Positions 28,606 through 39,108 of a DNA stretch of 64,000 nucleotides are shown here, in pieces. Both the position numbers and the translations under genes were made by a program. Source of the stretch: SAR86 cluster bacterium. Its GTDB lineage: Bacteria > Pseudomonadota > Gammaproteobacteria > Magnimaribacterales > D2472. The notes under the pieces were generated by a model, which was not told where the DNA came from, did not search any database, and worked only from the letters and a program-made list of their open reading frames with translations. Every line of letters begins with the position of its first letter. Within the stretch, counting starts at the first letter, position 1. Location: the NCBI GenBank assembly GCA_003331645.1, contig QOPI01000003.1:1883-65882 (forward strand), given 5' to 3'.

Positions 28606-28619
28606 TAATGTTTACAGTG
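28606..28619 (-). promoter_or_regulatory. operator-like site upstream of tolC, identical to the operator at the tetR/RND locus
   Basis: The minus strand reads CACTGTAAACATTA, an exact 14-mer match to 61933-61946. A 9/12 partial copy (tACTGTAAAgtt) lies at 28588-28599. A TTGACA lies upstream on the tolC strand. Confidence 0.6.
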
Positions 28620-28763
28620 CATACATTTAACACTTTTTATAACTATTTTGTCAATCTAGCTTTTTTTATTATGTTATTAATTTAATTCTGAAAGTTATGA
28701 CTTTCTTAGAGTAAAATATCTTCATAGAGTTCATTTCACATAAAAAATAAAGGGCATTATAAA

Positions 28764-30656
28764 TTGAGCAAAAATTCATATGACTCAAAAGCCATAGAAG
28801 TTTTATCGGGTCTAGATCCGGTAAGAAAAAGGCCTGGAATGTACACAGATACCAGTTGTCCAAATCATTTAATTCAAGAAGTTCTCGATAATTCAGTTGA
28901 TGAAGCATTATCAGGACATTGCTCAAGAATTAAAGTAAACCTATATAAAGATGGCTATATACAAATTTCTGATAATGGTAGAGGAATGCCTGTTGACATT
29001 CATCCAGAGCATAAAGTATCTGGTGTTGAATTAATAATGTGCAAGCTTCATGCTGGAGCAAAGTTTTCTGGCAATGAATATAACTTCTCGGGTGGTTTGC
29101 ATGGGGTTGGCGTTTCTGTAGTTAACGCTTTATCTGCAAATTTAAATGTAACGATTAAAAGAGAGTCAAAAGAATTTGAAATAAGTTTTGCTGATGGTGA
29201 AAAGATAAAAGAATTAAAGCAAATTGGTGAAGTTGGAGTTCAGAATTCTGGCACTACAATAAAATTTTTACCAAATAAAAAATATTTTGAATCTGAAAAA
29301 ATACAAAAAAATCATTTAAAACATCTTTTAAAAGCAAAAGCAGTATTATGTCCAGGCCTTCAGATAGATTTTGTTGATGAAAAAAAATCAGAAAAAGTTA
29401 AATGGCTCTATGAAGACGGCCTGAATAGTTATTTAATTGAATCTTCATCTGATATAGATTTATTAATTGATGAATCAATTATTTGCTCAAAATCAACAGA
29501 CACTCAAGAAGTAGAATTTGCAATTAATTGGTCAAAAAATATTCGTAAAGACCTTCTTAATGAAACTTATGTAAATCTAATTCCAACCCCCCAAGGAGGA
29601 TCACATTTCAATGGCTTTAAGTCTGGTTTATTAGACGCATTAAAAGAATTTTGTGAATATAGAAATCTCTTACCAAAAGGCTTAAAGTTAGTTGCAGATG
29701 ATATTGTAAGCAATTCAATCTTTGTTGTTTCATCTAAATTACAAAATCCTCAGTTTGCAGGACAGACCAAGGAGAGATTAGACTCAAAAGATCATATGTC
29801 TTTTGTAAGCTCAGTCACAAAAGATACATTGAGCATTTGGTTTAATAAACATACAGAAGAGGGTGAAAAGATTGCTGAGGTAGCAATTCACTCAGCACAG
29901 CAAAGAGCCAAGGCCTCAAAAACAGTTGAAAGAAAAAAAACTTTTAAAGGCCCAGCACTTCCTGGCAAATTATCAGATTGTAATAGTGAAGATTTAAATA
30001 AAACAGAATTATTTTTAGTTGAAGGAGACTCTGCAGGAGGCTCTGCAAAACAAGCTAGAGAAAGATCATTTCAAGCAATCATGCCTTTAAGAGGAAAAAT
30101 TCTAAATACATGGGAGCTCGAAAGCGCAGAAATAATTAAATCGCAAGAAATTAAAAATTTATCAACAGCAATTGGTGTAATGCCTGGAAACCCGGATACT
30201 AGCGGACTAAGATATGGAAAAATCTGTATCTTGGCTGATGCAGATTCAGATGGTCTTCATATTGCAACTTTATTATGTGCACTCTTTTTACAGCATTACA
30301 AACCTCTTGTTCAAGAACGCAGAATATTTGTATCTATGCCCCCACTTTTTAGGATTGATTGCGCTAAGGAGGTTCTTTATGCGCTTGATGAAGGTCAGAA
30401 AGATTCTATAGTTAAAGAACTAAAAACAAGAAAAGGAAAACCTAAAATAAATATTCAGAGATTTAAGGGCTTAGGTGAAATGAATCCTTCACAGTTACGC
30501 GAAACAGTCATGGATCCTGAAACAAGGCAATTAGTTGGATTAACTATCTCTCCAAACGATAATGCGAATTCAATTATGGATTTATTACTTGCAAAAAAAA
30601 GAGCACCTGATAGAAAAGAATGGCTAGAGAAAAAAGGTAGCCTGGCAAAGGTCTAA
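28764..30656 (+). CDS. parE: DNA topoisomerase IV subunit B
   Basis: 630 aa, TTG start. [17 protein letters not shown] ATPase motifs, Toprim [11 protein letters not shown]. Followed directly by parC. Confidence 0.9.
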   Translation: MSKNSYDSKAIEVLSGLDPVRKRPGMYTDTSCPNHLIQEVLDNSVDEALSGHCSRIKVNLYKDGYIQISDNGRGMPVDIHPEHKVSGVELIMCKLHAGAKFSGNEYNFSGGLHGVGVSVVNALSANLNVTIKRESKEFEISFADGEKIKELKQIGEVGVQNSGTTIKFLPNKKYFESEKIQKNHLKHLLKAKAVLCPGLQIDFVDEKKSEKVKWLYEDGLNSYLIESSSDIDLLIDESIICSKSTDTQEVEFAINWSKNIRKDLLNETYVNLIPTPQGGSHFNGFKSGLLDALKEFCEYRNLLPKGLKLVADDIVSNSIFVVSSKLQNPQFAGQTKERLDSKDHMSFVSSVTKDTLSIWFNKHTEEGEKIAEVAIHSAQQRAKASKTVERKKTFKGPALPGKLSDCNSEDLNKTELFLVEGDSAGGSAKQARERSFQAIMPLRGKILNTWELESAEIIKSQEIKNLSTAIGVMPGNPDTSGLRYGKICILADADSDGLHIATLLCALFLQHYKPLVQERRIFVSMPPLFRIDCAKEVLYALDEGQKDSIVKELKTRKGKPKINIQRFKGLGEMNPSQLRETVMDPETRQLVGLTISPNDNANSIMDLLLAKKRAPDRKEWLEKKGSLAKV

Positions 30657-30658
30657 CT

Positions 30659-32917
30659 ATGAAAACAGAAGATAAGAATCAATCAATAAGTTTAAAAAAA
30701 TATGCAGAAGATTCTTATCTGAATTATGCCATGTACGTAATTCTAGATAGAGCATTGCCAAATATAGGCGATGGATTAAAACCTGTTCAAAGAAGGATTT
30801 TATATGCAATGTCAGAACTTGGTTTAAATGCAGGAGCTAAGTATAAAAAGTCAGCAAGAACAGTTGGCGATGTAATTGGAAAATTTCATCCTCATGGGGA
30901 TAGTGCTGCATATGAAGCAATGGTTTTAATGGCGCAGAATTTTTCATTTAGATATCCATTAGTAGACGGACAAGGGAATTGGGGATCTCAAGATGATCCA
31001 AAATCATTTGCTGCAATGAGATACACAGAATCGAAACTTACAGCATTTGCTAACCTATTACTTGAAGAATTGAAATTTGGCACTGTTGACTGGCAGCCCA
31101 ACTTCGATGGTTCATTATTAGAACCAATTATTTTTCCTGCAAAAATACCATCTATCTTACTTAATGGAACCTCTGGAATCGCAGTAGGTATGGCAACAGA
31201 TATCCCATCTCATAACTTAAATGAAGTTTTAGACGCAACTATTCAGATGTTAGACAAACCTTCCTCAAAGTTAGAGGATATTTTAAAACATATTAAAGGT
31301 CCTGATTTCTCTAATGGAGCAAAGTTAATTATAAATAGTGATGAATTGAAAGAAATATATTCAACTGGAAGAGGAGGTTATAAGATTCAAGCTAATTGGT
31401 TCAAAGAGGGTAATCAAATTATTATTAATGCGCTTCCTTATCAAGCTTCTGGTGCAAAAATTTTAGAACAAATTGCTGATCAGATGCAAAATAAGAAAAT
31501 TCCAATGGTAGTAGATTTAACTGATGAGGGTGATCATGAAGAGCCGGTGCGTCTTGCAATTACGATGAAATCCAATAGGGTAAATCCAGAAGATTTAATG
31601 AATCATTTATATGCTTCAACAGATTTACAAAAAACCTACAGGACTAATATGAATCTTATTTCTCTGAAAGGTAGCCCCAAAGTTTTCTCTTTAGTTGAGT
31701 TATTAAAAGAATGGCTGACTTTTCGTAAAACCACTGTTACGAGGAAATTAGAGCATAGATTAGATCAAGTAAACGATAGGCTTCATATAGTAGAGGGACT
31801 TCTTATAGTTTATTTAGATTTGGACAAGGTTATTAAGACTATTAGAGAGTCAGATGAGCCTAAAAAAGATTTAATAAGGTATTTTAAAATTTCAGAAATA
31901 CAAGCAAATGCAATTCTAGAAATTAAATTAAGACAACTTGCAAAATTAGAACATGTTAAGTTAGAAGAGGAAAAAGCATCATTAATTGATGAGCAAAAAG
32001 AAATTGAGACAATCTTAGGATCATCTAGCAGACTAAAAACTCTTATCAAAAAAGAACTTTTAGAAATCAAAGCAGAATATGGCGACGCTAGAAACTCTCC
32101 TATTGAAAGCGAATCAAATGCTAAGGTATTTTCAGAAGAAGAGACCTTAGTTACAGAACCTATAACTGTCATTTTATCATCGGCTGGATGGATTAGAAGC
32201 GCCAAAGGTCATGATATAGATCCTGCATCTTTGAGTTATAGAGGAGATGACTCATTAAAAGATTATTGTAGAGGTAGAAATAATCAGAATGCAGTTTTTT
32301 TAGATTCTCAAGGTAAAGCTTTTTCAATACCAGGACATACTCTGCCTTCTGCTAGAGGCTTAGGTGATCCAATAACTGGAAGAGTTTCAGCTGATTCAGG
32401 GGTTGAATTTATGTCTACAGTTATTGGAAATGATGAAGAGCAATTCATGATTTCCAACTCAGCAGGGTATGGTTATATTTCTGAATTCAAAAATATGGTC
32501 TCTTCAAAGAAGTCAGGTAAGGCATTTATGAAGCTTCCAAAAGGAGCTAAAGTTCTTAAAGCTCTTAAAGTAGAAGATACACATAAGTTTATTGTTGCTG
32601 TATCTAATATTGGCCGCTTACTTATTTTTTCATTATCAGAATTGCCTATTTTAGCCAAAGGAAAAGGAAATAAAATTATCAACATTCCTAAAGCTAAATT
32701 TGAGTCAGAAGAAGAGTCTTTAGCCCATATAGCACTTCTAGCAGATACAAGCAGTTTAAGGATTGAGAGCGGCAAGCAATTTTTAACTATAAAGATAAAA
32801 GACCTAGAAAATTATATTTCCTCAAGAGCAAAAAGAGGGAACCTTTTGCCTAAAGGTTATAGAAAGGTTGATGCTATTTCTGAAGAGTTGGACCTTAAGC
32901 TCTCTGAAGCTGAATAA
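30659..32917 (+). CDS. parC: DNA topoisomerase IV subunit A
   Basis: 752 aa. [18 protein letters not shown] and the active-site AAMRYTES tyrosine. Its length and pairing with the 630-aa B subunit fit ParC rather than GyrA. Confidence 0.9.
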   Translation: MKTEDKNQSISLKKYAEDSYLNYAMYVILDRALPNIGDGLKPVQRRILYAMSELGLNAGAKYKKSARTVGDVIGKFHPHGDSAAYEAMVLMAQNFSFRYPLVDGQGNWGSQDDPKSFAAMRYTESKLTAFANLLLEELKFGTVDWQPNFDGSLLEPIIFPAKIPSILLNGTSGIAVGMATDIPSHNLNEVLDATIQMLDKPSSKLEDILKHIKGPDFSNGAKLIINSDELKEIYSTGRGGYKIQANWFKEGNQIIINALPYQASGAKILEQIADQMQNKKIPMVVDLTDEGDHEEPVRLAITMKSNRVNPEDLMNHLYASTDLQKTYRTNMNLISLKGSPKVFSLVELLKEWLTFRKTTVTRKLEHRLDQVNDRLHIVEGLLIVYLDLDKVIKTIRESDEPKKDLIRYFKISEIQANAILEIKLRQLAKLEHVKLEEEKASLIDEQKEIETILGSSSRLKTLIKKELLEIKAEYGDARNSPIESESNAKVFSEEETLVTEPITVILSSAGWIRSAKGHDIDPASLSYRGDDSLKDYCRGRNNQNAVFLDSQGKAFSIPGHTLPSARGLGDPITGRVSADSGVEFMSTVIGNDEEQFMISNSAGYGYISEFKNMVSSKKSGKAFMKLPKGAKVLKALKVEDTHKFIVAVSNIGRLLIFSLSELPILAKGKGNKIINIPKAKFESEEESLAHIALLADTSSLRIESGKQFLTIKIKDLENYISSRAKRGNLLPKGYRKVDAISEELDLKLSEAE

Positions 32918-34097
32918 TAGATTTTTCTATAATTGCCAACCCAGATTTAATTAATTTATCTTCAATAATAAGACTTGGCGCAATTCTAATAGTATTGTTG
33001 TTTGCTTTTAAAACCATTAACCCATTTTTATAACACTGTTGCAGCACAGAATCTAAATTAATATTTTCAGTTACTTTTAACTTACAACCAATCCATAGAC
33101 CAGCAGTATTAATTCTCTCAAAACAATTTAGTTTTTTATTCATTGTATTTAAATATTTAATAAACAATTTTTCTTTTTTCATTACATTACTTAATAGTCT
33201 TTTCTTTGCCATAGAATTAATTACCTCAAGTGCAACTGAGCAGGCTAATGGATTTCCCCCAAATGTTGTTCCATGAGCGCCTACCTGCATTGATTGAGCA
33301 ATATGGTCTTTAGTTAGAATAGCTCCAATTGGAAAACCATTACCGAGACCTTTAGCACAGGTCAAAATGTCTGGCTTTATATTAAATTGTTCATATGCAA
33401 ATAATGTTCCAGTTCTTCCAACACCAGATTGAACTTCATCAATGATGATAAGAACATTTTTTTCTTTACATAATTTTTTTATTTTACTGATAAAGTTACG
33501 TTTAGCTTTAATGATCCCAGCTTCCCCTTGAACTAATTCAAGAACTACAGCAGCAGTTTTCTTGGTTATTACTTTATCTAATCCTTTAATCTCATTATAT
33601 GGATGATGTTTAATACCTGATGGCATCGGGCCAAAACCTTTTGTCATTCTCTCTGAACCATTTAATGCAATTGTCATCATTGTTCTTCCATGAAAAGCAT
33701 CTGCAAATGCTACTATTTCATTCTTACCCTTCCCATATTTTTGATTTGCATATTTTCTTGCAGTTTTTACAGCGCCTTCCATTGCTTCGGCGCCAGAATT
33801 AGCAAAGAATACTTTGTCAGCAAAAGTATGTTTGCATAATGTTTTTGCTAAGTTAAGAGCAGGGGCATTGGTCATGGCATTCGATAAATGCCAAATTTTT
33901 TTTGATTGATCGTTGAGTACCTTTACTAGAGGGGGATAACAATGACCAAGACTAGTAACAGCTATACCAGATGCAAAATCAATATATTTTTTATTTTTAC
34001 TGTCCCAAACAATTGATCCTTTGGCTTTGACTGGAATAAAATGAGCAGGATTATATACAGGCATCATATAATCATCGAATTGTTTTCTAGTAACCAT
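32895..34097 (-). CDS. argD: acetylornithine/succinylornithine-type class III aminotransferase
   Basis: [23 protein letters not shown], and the PLP lysine in [12 protein letters not shown] start it at [16 protein letters not shown] (34097); the 40-codon upstream extension in the track has no homology-like content and would overlap the divergent gene. Confidence 0.85.
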   Translation of the reverse strand: MVTRKQFDDYMMPVYNPAHFIPVKAKGSIVWDSKNKKYIDFASGIAVTSLGHCYPPLVKVLNDQSKKIWHLSNAMTNAPALNLAKTLCKHTFADKVFFANSGAEAMEGAVKTARKYANQKYGKGKNEIVAFADAFHGRTMMTIALNGSERMTKGFGPMPSGIKHHPYNEIKGLDKVITKKTAAVVLELVQGEAGIIKAKRNFISKIKKLCKEKNVLIIIDEVQSGVGRTGTLFAYEQFNIKPDILTCAKGLGNGFPIGAILTKDHIAQSMQVGAHGTTFGGNPLACSVALEVINSMAKKRLLSNVMKKEKLFIKYLNTMNKKLNCFERINTAGLWIGCKLKVTENINLDSVLQQCYKNGLMVLKANNNTIRIAPSLIIEDKLIKSGLAIIEKSIIQLQRA

Positions 34098-34110
34098 ATA
34101 ATAATTATAC

Positions 34111-34602
34111 GTGATTTCAGTAAAAAAAATTAACGAAAAAAAATTTGAAATTTTAATAAAACCAAATAGTTCTTTGAATGGAACAGCTAGGATTTTATTT
34201 CTTTTGAGCATATTCACTTTATGTGGAGGAATAGCAGTTATTTTTTATATAGTTGGTGCAACTTTGATCTTGCCTTTTGCAGGCATTGAATTAGCAGTTG
34301 TGTTTTTTGCTTTTTATTTAAACTTCAGATGGAGCGATCAAAAAGAAATAGTTACTTTGTCTTTAGACCATGTCCTTGTTGAGAAAGGAAGAAAAACTAA
34401 AGAGTACTCATGGAGAGAGTTTAGAACCTTTACAGCTTTTGAGATTGAAAAAAGCTCAAAAGATCAAATAAATCTTGGATTTAAATCAAAAGGCAATACT
34501 GTGATTATTGGAAATTTTTTAAATATTAACGATAAAAATAATCTCCAGTTTGAGATAACAAAGATTATTAACTATTTAAATGAACTAAGCCCAGTTTCTT
34601 AA
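34111..34602 (+). CDS. DUF2244-like two-TM membrane protein
   Basis: 163 aa, GTG start. The KPNSSLNGTARILFLLS...two TM helices...soluble C-terminal domain layout is typical of DUF2244. Confidence 0.5.
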   Translation: MISVKKINEKKFEILIKPNSSLNGTARILFLLSIFTLCGGIAVIFYIVGATLILPFAGIELAVVFFAFYLNFRWSDQKEIVTLSLDHVLVEKGRKTKEYSWREFRTFTAFEIEKSSKDQINLGFKSKGNTVIIGNFLNINDKNNLQFEITKIINYLNELSPVS

Positions 34603-35838
34603 TTTTTTATTTACCTCTATCAATTTAAGGGTTTCTACTTTTGGCATTCCATCTTTAAATGAAATTTCTGCTTCTCCTTTTATTAGAGGTTGAAGATATT
34701 CAATAGCTTTTTTTGTAATGCCATACCCATCTTTTGTTATATAACTTCTAGGTAATTTCTTTTCGACATTAGCAATTTTAGAAAGTGATGCTGACTCAAT
34801 TTTCCACGAATATTTTTTAGTTTTATTTCTTACAATAATTGGCATCACACTATTCATTCCCTTGACAGCATATTCTACTGCTTTAGCACCAACAGCTTGA
34901 GCTTGCATTAGATCAGTTTTAGATGATAGGTGCCTTGCACTTCTTTGGAGATAGTCTGGGACAGCCCAATGTGTTTTATATTTAAGATTTTTAGAAACAA
35001 GACTTGATAAATATGGAGCAACTCCGCCGAGTTGAGCATGCCCAAAAGAGTCTGTAGTTTTTGACTCAGTTAAAAATTTTCCTCTAGTATTTTTTATTCC
35101 TTCAGAAGCAACTACAACACAATAACCATCTTTAGCTACTGATTTTTTAACTTTCAACAGGAAGTCTTTTTGATTAAATTTTACTTCAGGAAATAATATG
35201 ATATGAGGCGCATTTGTAGCACTATTTTTGGCTAGACCACTTGCAGCTGCAATCCATCCGGCATGTCTGCCCATAACTTCAAGGATAAATACTTTTGTAG
35301 ATGATTCAGACATCGATTTAAGATCCAACGAAGCTTCCTGTGTTGAAGTAGCAATATATTTAGCTACAGATCCAAATCCGGGACAACAGTCAGTTAAAGC
35401 AAGATCATTATCAACTGTTTTAGGTATAGCAATACACTTAATATCATAGCCAAGTTTAGCTCCTAATTTAGATATCTTGTATGCAGTATCAGCCGAATCA
35501 TTTCCACCATTGTAAAAGAAGTATCCAATATCATGAGCTTGAAAAACCTCTATAAGTCTTTCATATTCTCTAGGGTCATCTTCAAACTTTTTTAGTTTAT
35601 ATCTACAAGACCCAAAAGCACCGCCAGGTATTTCCATTAAATTCTTAATTGATGTCATAGACTCTTTAGAAGTATCTATTAGCTCCTCACGAAGAGCTCC
35701 AATGATTCCATTCTTGCCAGCGTAAACTCTACCTATATGTTTTGGATATTTTTTTGCAGTTAATATTAAAGATGCAGCTGTAGCATTGATGACTGACGTT
35801 ACTCCACCAGATTGAGCATAAAAAGCATTTCTCTTCAT
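34585..35838 (-). CDS. pfp: 6-phosphofructokinase, probably pyrophosphate-dependent
   Basis: 417 aa, PfkA family. GGNDS (Asp at the E. coli Gly104 position) and IPKTVDNDL (Lys at the Gly124 position). Confidence 0.8.
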   Translation of the reverse strand: MKRNAFYAQSGGVTSVINATAASLILTAKKYPKHIGRVYAGKNGIIGALREELIDTSKESMTSIKNLMEIPGGAFGSCRYKLKKFEDDPREYERLIEVFQAHDIGYFFYNGGNDSADTAYKISKLGAKLGYDIKCIAIPKTVDNDLALTDCCPGFGSVAKYIATSTQEASLDLKSMSESSTKVFILEVMGRHAGWIAAASGLAKNSATNAPHIILFPEVKFNQKDFLLKVKKSVAKDGYCVVVASEGIKNTRGKFLTESKTTDSFGHAQLGGVAPYLSSLVSKNLKYKTHWAVPDYLQRSARHLSSKTDLMQAQAVGAKAVEYAVKGMNSVMPIIVRNKTKKYSWKIESASLSKIANVEKKLPRSYITKDGYGITKKAIEYLQPLIKGEAEISFKDGMPKVETLKLIEVNKKLRNWA

Positions 35839-35903
35839 TTATTTATTTAAAATGTATTTTAGGCTATCGTATCAAAAAACGATCTTAATTAAATAAGTTT
35901 TAT

Positions 35904-37205
35904 ATGAAAATACATATACTTGGGATTTGCGGAACTTTTATGGGTGGCTTGGCTCAGATTTTAAAAGAATCTGGTCATGAAGTAACCGGATCCGATAAAC
36001 AGTTTTATCCACCCATGTCCGAACATTTAATCAGTTTAAATATAAAAACTTTTACAGGCTTCTCTATTGAAGATATGCCTAAGGCAGATCTTTATATAAT
36101 TGGTAATGCTTTATCAAGAGGTAACCCATGCGTTGAGTTCATTCTAAAAAATAAACTCCCTTTTAAATCTGGTCCTGAAATATTGGGAGAAATTTTAAAA
36201 GATAGAGAAGTAATAGCCATATCAGGTACTCATGGCAAAACCTCAACAGCATATATGGTATGTCATATTCTACTAACGCAAGGCAAAGATATAGGATTCT
36301 TAGTTGGAGGTATCAGTGATTCAATTAAAGGCTCTGCCCAACTTGGTTCTCATGAATTATTTGTAATAGAAGCAGATGAATACGACTCAGCCTTTTTTGA
36401 TAAGCGCTCCAAATTTATTCACTATTCCCCAAACACACTTGTAATAAATAACATTGAATTCGATCATGCGGACATATTTAATAATCTAGATGACATTAAA
36501 AAACAATTTCATCATCTATTAAAAATAATTCCACAGGATGGAAATATTATTTATTTTCAAGAAGATAAGAATACATTGGATATATTAAATAAAGGTAATT
36601 GGTCTCAATTAATTCCTATAGGCACAAATCATTCTTACGATATTGACTATAAAAATAATCTGATTCTTGCTCAAGATACAGAGTTTTCAATGAAAGATTT
36701 TATAATCTTTGGATCTCATAATGCTAAGAATGTTATTTCTGCAATAGCAGCAACAAATGTAAATGGAGCTTCTATAGAGGAATCAATTAATGCTCTCAAA
36801 AGTTTTCAAGGGGTCAAAAGAAGGCTTGAACTTAAATATCAGGATTCTTCAATAATAATTATTGATGACTTCGCTCATCATCCAACTGCTATAAAATATT
36901 CTATAGATGCAGTTAGGAAAAAATTTAAAGACAGTAAAATAATAGGTTTAATAGAGCTTGGTTCTAATACAATGTCTGATGGCATTCATGGAGATTCATT
37001 AGTTAAAGCTGCATCAGACTTAGATAGTGTAATTTGGATTGACGAAAAAGGGGTGCTCTTAGAATCATCAAACACTACTTTTGCAAGTGATACATTGTGC
37101 ATAAATGCATTAAAAAAGGACCTTAAAAAATACGATATATTGTTAATTATGACTAATAAGAATAGTGAAAGATTATGGAAACCAATAATTGAATACATCC
37201 AATAA
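35904..37205 (+). CDS. mpl: UDP-N-acetylmuramate:L-alanyl-gamma-D-glutamyl-meso-diaminopimelate ligase
   Basis: 433 aa. MKIHILGICGTFMGGLA N-terminus and GTHGKTST P-loop of the Mur ligase family. Confidence 0.85.
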   Translation: MKIHILGICGTFMGGLAQILKESGHEVTGSDKQFYPPMSEHLISLNIKTFTGFSIEDMPKADLYIIGNALSRGNPCVEFILKNKLPFKSGPEILGEILKDREVIAISGTHGKTSTAYMVCHILLTQGKDIGFLVGGISDSIKGSAQLGSHELFVIEADEYDSAFFDKRSKFIHYSPNTLVINNIEFDHADIFNNLDDIKKQFHHLLKIIPQDGNIIYFQEDKNTLDILNKGNWSQLIPIGTNHSYDIDYKNNLILAQDTEFSMKDFIIFGSHNAKNVISAIAATNVNGASIEESINALKSFQGVKRRLELKYQDSSIIIIDDFAHHPTAIKYSIDAVRKKFKDSKIIGLIELGSNTMSDGIHGDSLVKAASDLDSVIWIDEKGVLLESSNTTFASDTLCINALKKDLKKYDILLIMTNKNSERLWKPIIEYIQ

Positions 37206-37788
37206 TAAAAAAATACCTGTTTTTCCATTAGGGCTTGTAGTTTTACCAGGAACAATTCAGTCACTTCAGATTTTTGAGCCTAGATATATCGATATGGTCA
37301 AAAGTTGCATGAAAGATACTTCAGGCTTTGTTATAACTCTCCAAAGTAAGTCAGAAGGTGATATTGAATACGGCCTTATCAAACAAGGTACTTATGTTGA
37401 GATTATTGATTTCAATAATAACTCAAATGGATTACTTGGCATTACTGTTAAGGCAATTAACAAGGTGGAGATCAAAGATATTTTTCAACAAAAAGATATG
37501 CTTCATCTAGCTACAATAAAACCTTTAACTGATCCTTTAGTTGATGATCAGGCTCTTATTGCTAAACATCCTGAGCTCCTTAATATTCTTATACAACTTA
37601 AAGATCATCCACGAATTAAGATTTTACCCTTAGATATAGATTTAACATCTGCAGACTCAGTTGCATATCATTTAGGCGGCTTAATTCCTTTAAACTCAAA
37701 GGAGAAACAAACTATTCTTGAGGCCTTTGATGCATCTCAAAGAATGAATATTTTATCTAGACTAATCAATAAATTATCTGAAAAATAA
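37189..37788 (+). CDS. LON N-terminal substrate-binding domain protein
   Basis: 199 aa. IPVFPLGLVVLPGTIQSLQIFEPRYIDMV matches the Lon N-domain opening pattern. No ATPase or protease domain. Confidence 0.7.
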   Translation: MNTSNNKKIPVFPLGLVVLPGTIQSLQIFEPRYIDMVKSCMKDTSGFVITLQSKSEGDIEYGLIKQGTYVEIIDFNNNSNGLLGITVKAINKVEIKDIFQQKDMLHLATIKPLTDPLVDDQALIAKHPELLNILIQLKDHPRIKILPLDIDLTSADSVAYHLGGLIPLNSKEKQTILEAFDASQRMNILSRLINKLSEK

Positions 37789-37793
37789 GGAAA

Positions 37794-38225
37794 CTATATT
37801 TTTAATGGCGGCTTATTTGATTTAGACCTTATCCAATTTAATCCTTTAAGAATTAGCGGAGTAGATACTATCTTTCTTTCTAGTTTATATTTACCTGGGT
37901 AATCTAAAAATAAGAAACCTGTAACTATTGTTAATAATCCTTGCCCTGGGAGCACAAGCATCATTAGTCCACCAATGATCAAAAAAATACCAATCAAATT
38001 TTTTATAATTAAAGTTATAAGTCTAAAAAGTGGGAAGTTAATCTTCCATATTGGAGGGCTCCTCTTGTTATGTAAGAAATACGTTTCAGGAATTTGAGAT
38101 ACGAGCCAACTAACACCAAGTATGCTAAACATGAATATAAATAAAGAAGAGCCACCAAGCCATATTAATATAGACGGATGTTCATCAAACCAATTGAAGA
38201 TGCCATCAATAAGGGCTAATTCCAT
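37794..38225 (-). CDS. PGPGW-type small membrane protein
   Basis: 143 aa with 3-4 TM helices. VLPGQGLLTIVTGFLFL resembles the PGPGW motif region. Confidence 0.45.
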   Translation of the reverse strand: MELALIDGIFNWFDEHPSILIWLGGSSLFIFMFSILGVSWLVSQIPETYFLHNKRSPPIWKINFPLFRLITLIIKNLIGIFLIIGGLMMLVLPGQGLLTIVTGFLFLDYPGKYKLERKIVSTPLILKGLNWIRSKSNKPPLKI

Positions 38226-38299
38226 TTTTAACTTACCTTTTTAATCTATAATGTTTTAGTATATCTTATGACCAAAACTCGTTCTAAACTAAAATAAAT

Positions 38300-38644
38300 T
38301 TGCCTAAATTGAAATTACAAGATATTTGCATTTCTGCGCTCGAAGATAACAAGGCTGAAGATATTTTAGCTTTAGATGTAAGAAATATTTCTTCTTTTGC
38401 TGACTCTATTATTATTGCTTCTGCTACATCCAATCGCCATGCTAAATCATTATCTGAAAAAGTTATAGAGAATGTTAAAGTCAATAAAGAGTCATTTATA
38501 GGTGTGGAAGGCAAGAGTGAATCTGGATGGATTCTAATTGATTGTGGAGAAGTAGTCATAAATATTATGAAGAATGAAATTAGAGAGTTTTACGACTTAG
38601 AAGCCTTATGGGGAGAAACTACACTTATTAAACAATCTGATTAA
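38300..38644 (+). CDS. rsfS: ribosome silencing factor
   Basis: 114 aa, TTG start. LEDNKAEDILALDVRNISSFADSIIIASATSNRHAKSL is typical RsfS/IojAP. rsfS-rlmH-mrdA synteny. Confidence 0.88.
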   Translation: MPKLKLQDICISALEDNKAEDILALDVRNISSFADSIIIASATSNRHAKSLSEKVIENVKVNKESFIGVEGKSESGWILIDCGEVVINIMKNEIREFYDLEALWGETTLIKQSD

Positions 38645-39108
38645 TGAAATGTAATATTATTAGTGTTGGCCATAAATTATCTAAATGGGAGTTGGAGGGA
38701 ATTGACTATTATCTTAAGCAGACCCCAGGTAATTTTATGGTAAATTTCATCGATCTTAAGGGTAAGCAACATCCAAAGATGTCAAAAGATGAGATCCTAA
38801 AGTTAGAAGAGGAGCTCATTTTAAAAAAACTTGTTAATAAAGAAAAAATAGTAGTTTGCGATAACAGTGGTGTTAATTTATCTTCAATTGAGTTTAGCAA
38901 CCAAATTCAAGATAGTTTAGATTTAAATCAAGAACTCACTTTTGTTATTGGAGGTTCATTTGGACTATCAAAAAAAATTATAAAAAAAGCTAGCCTAGTT
39001 TTTTCAGCTTCTCATCTTACCTTTCCTCATAGACTGTTTAAATTAATTCTTATTGAGCAAATTTACCGAGCATTTTCAATACTTAATAATCAGCCTTACC
39101 ATAAATGA
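38644..39108 (+). CDS. rlmH: 23S rRNA (pseudouridine1915-N3)-methyltransferase
   Basis: 154 aa, SPOUT fold. C-terminal FPHRLFKLILIEQIYRAFSILNNQPYHK. Confidence 0.88.
   Translation: MKCNIISVGHKLSKWELEGIDYYLKQTPGNFMVNFIDLKGKQHPKMSKDEILKLEEELILKKLVNKEKIVVCDNSGVNLSSIEFSNQIQDSLDLNQELTFVIGGSFGLSKKIIKKASLVFSASHLTFPHRLFKLILIEQIYRAFSILNNQPYHK

Noticed and set aside
34098-34217. 40-codon N-terminal extension of the aminotransferase ORF (MNMLKRNKILAVPF...).
   Set aside because: Class III aminotransferase similarity starts at [16 protein letters not shown]. The extension is hydrophobic junk that overlaps the divergent DUF2244 gene start.
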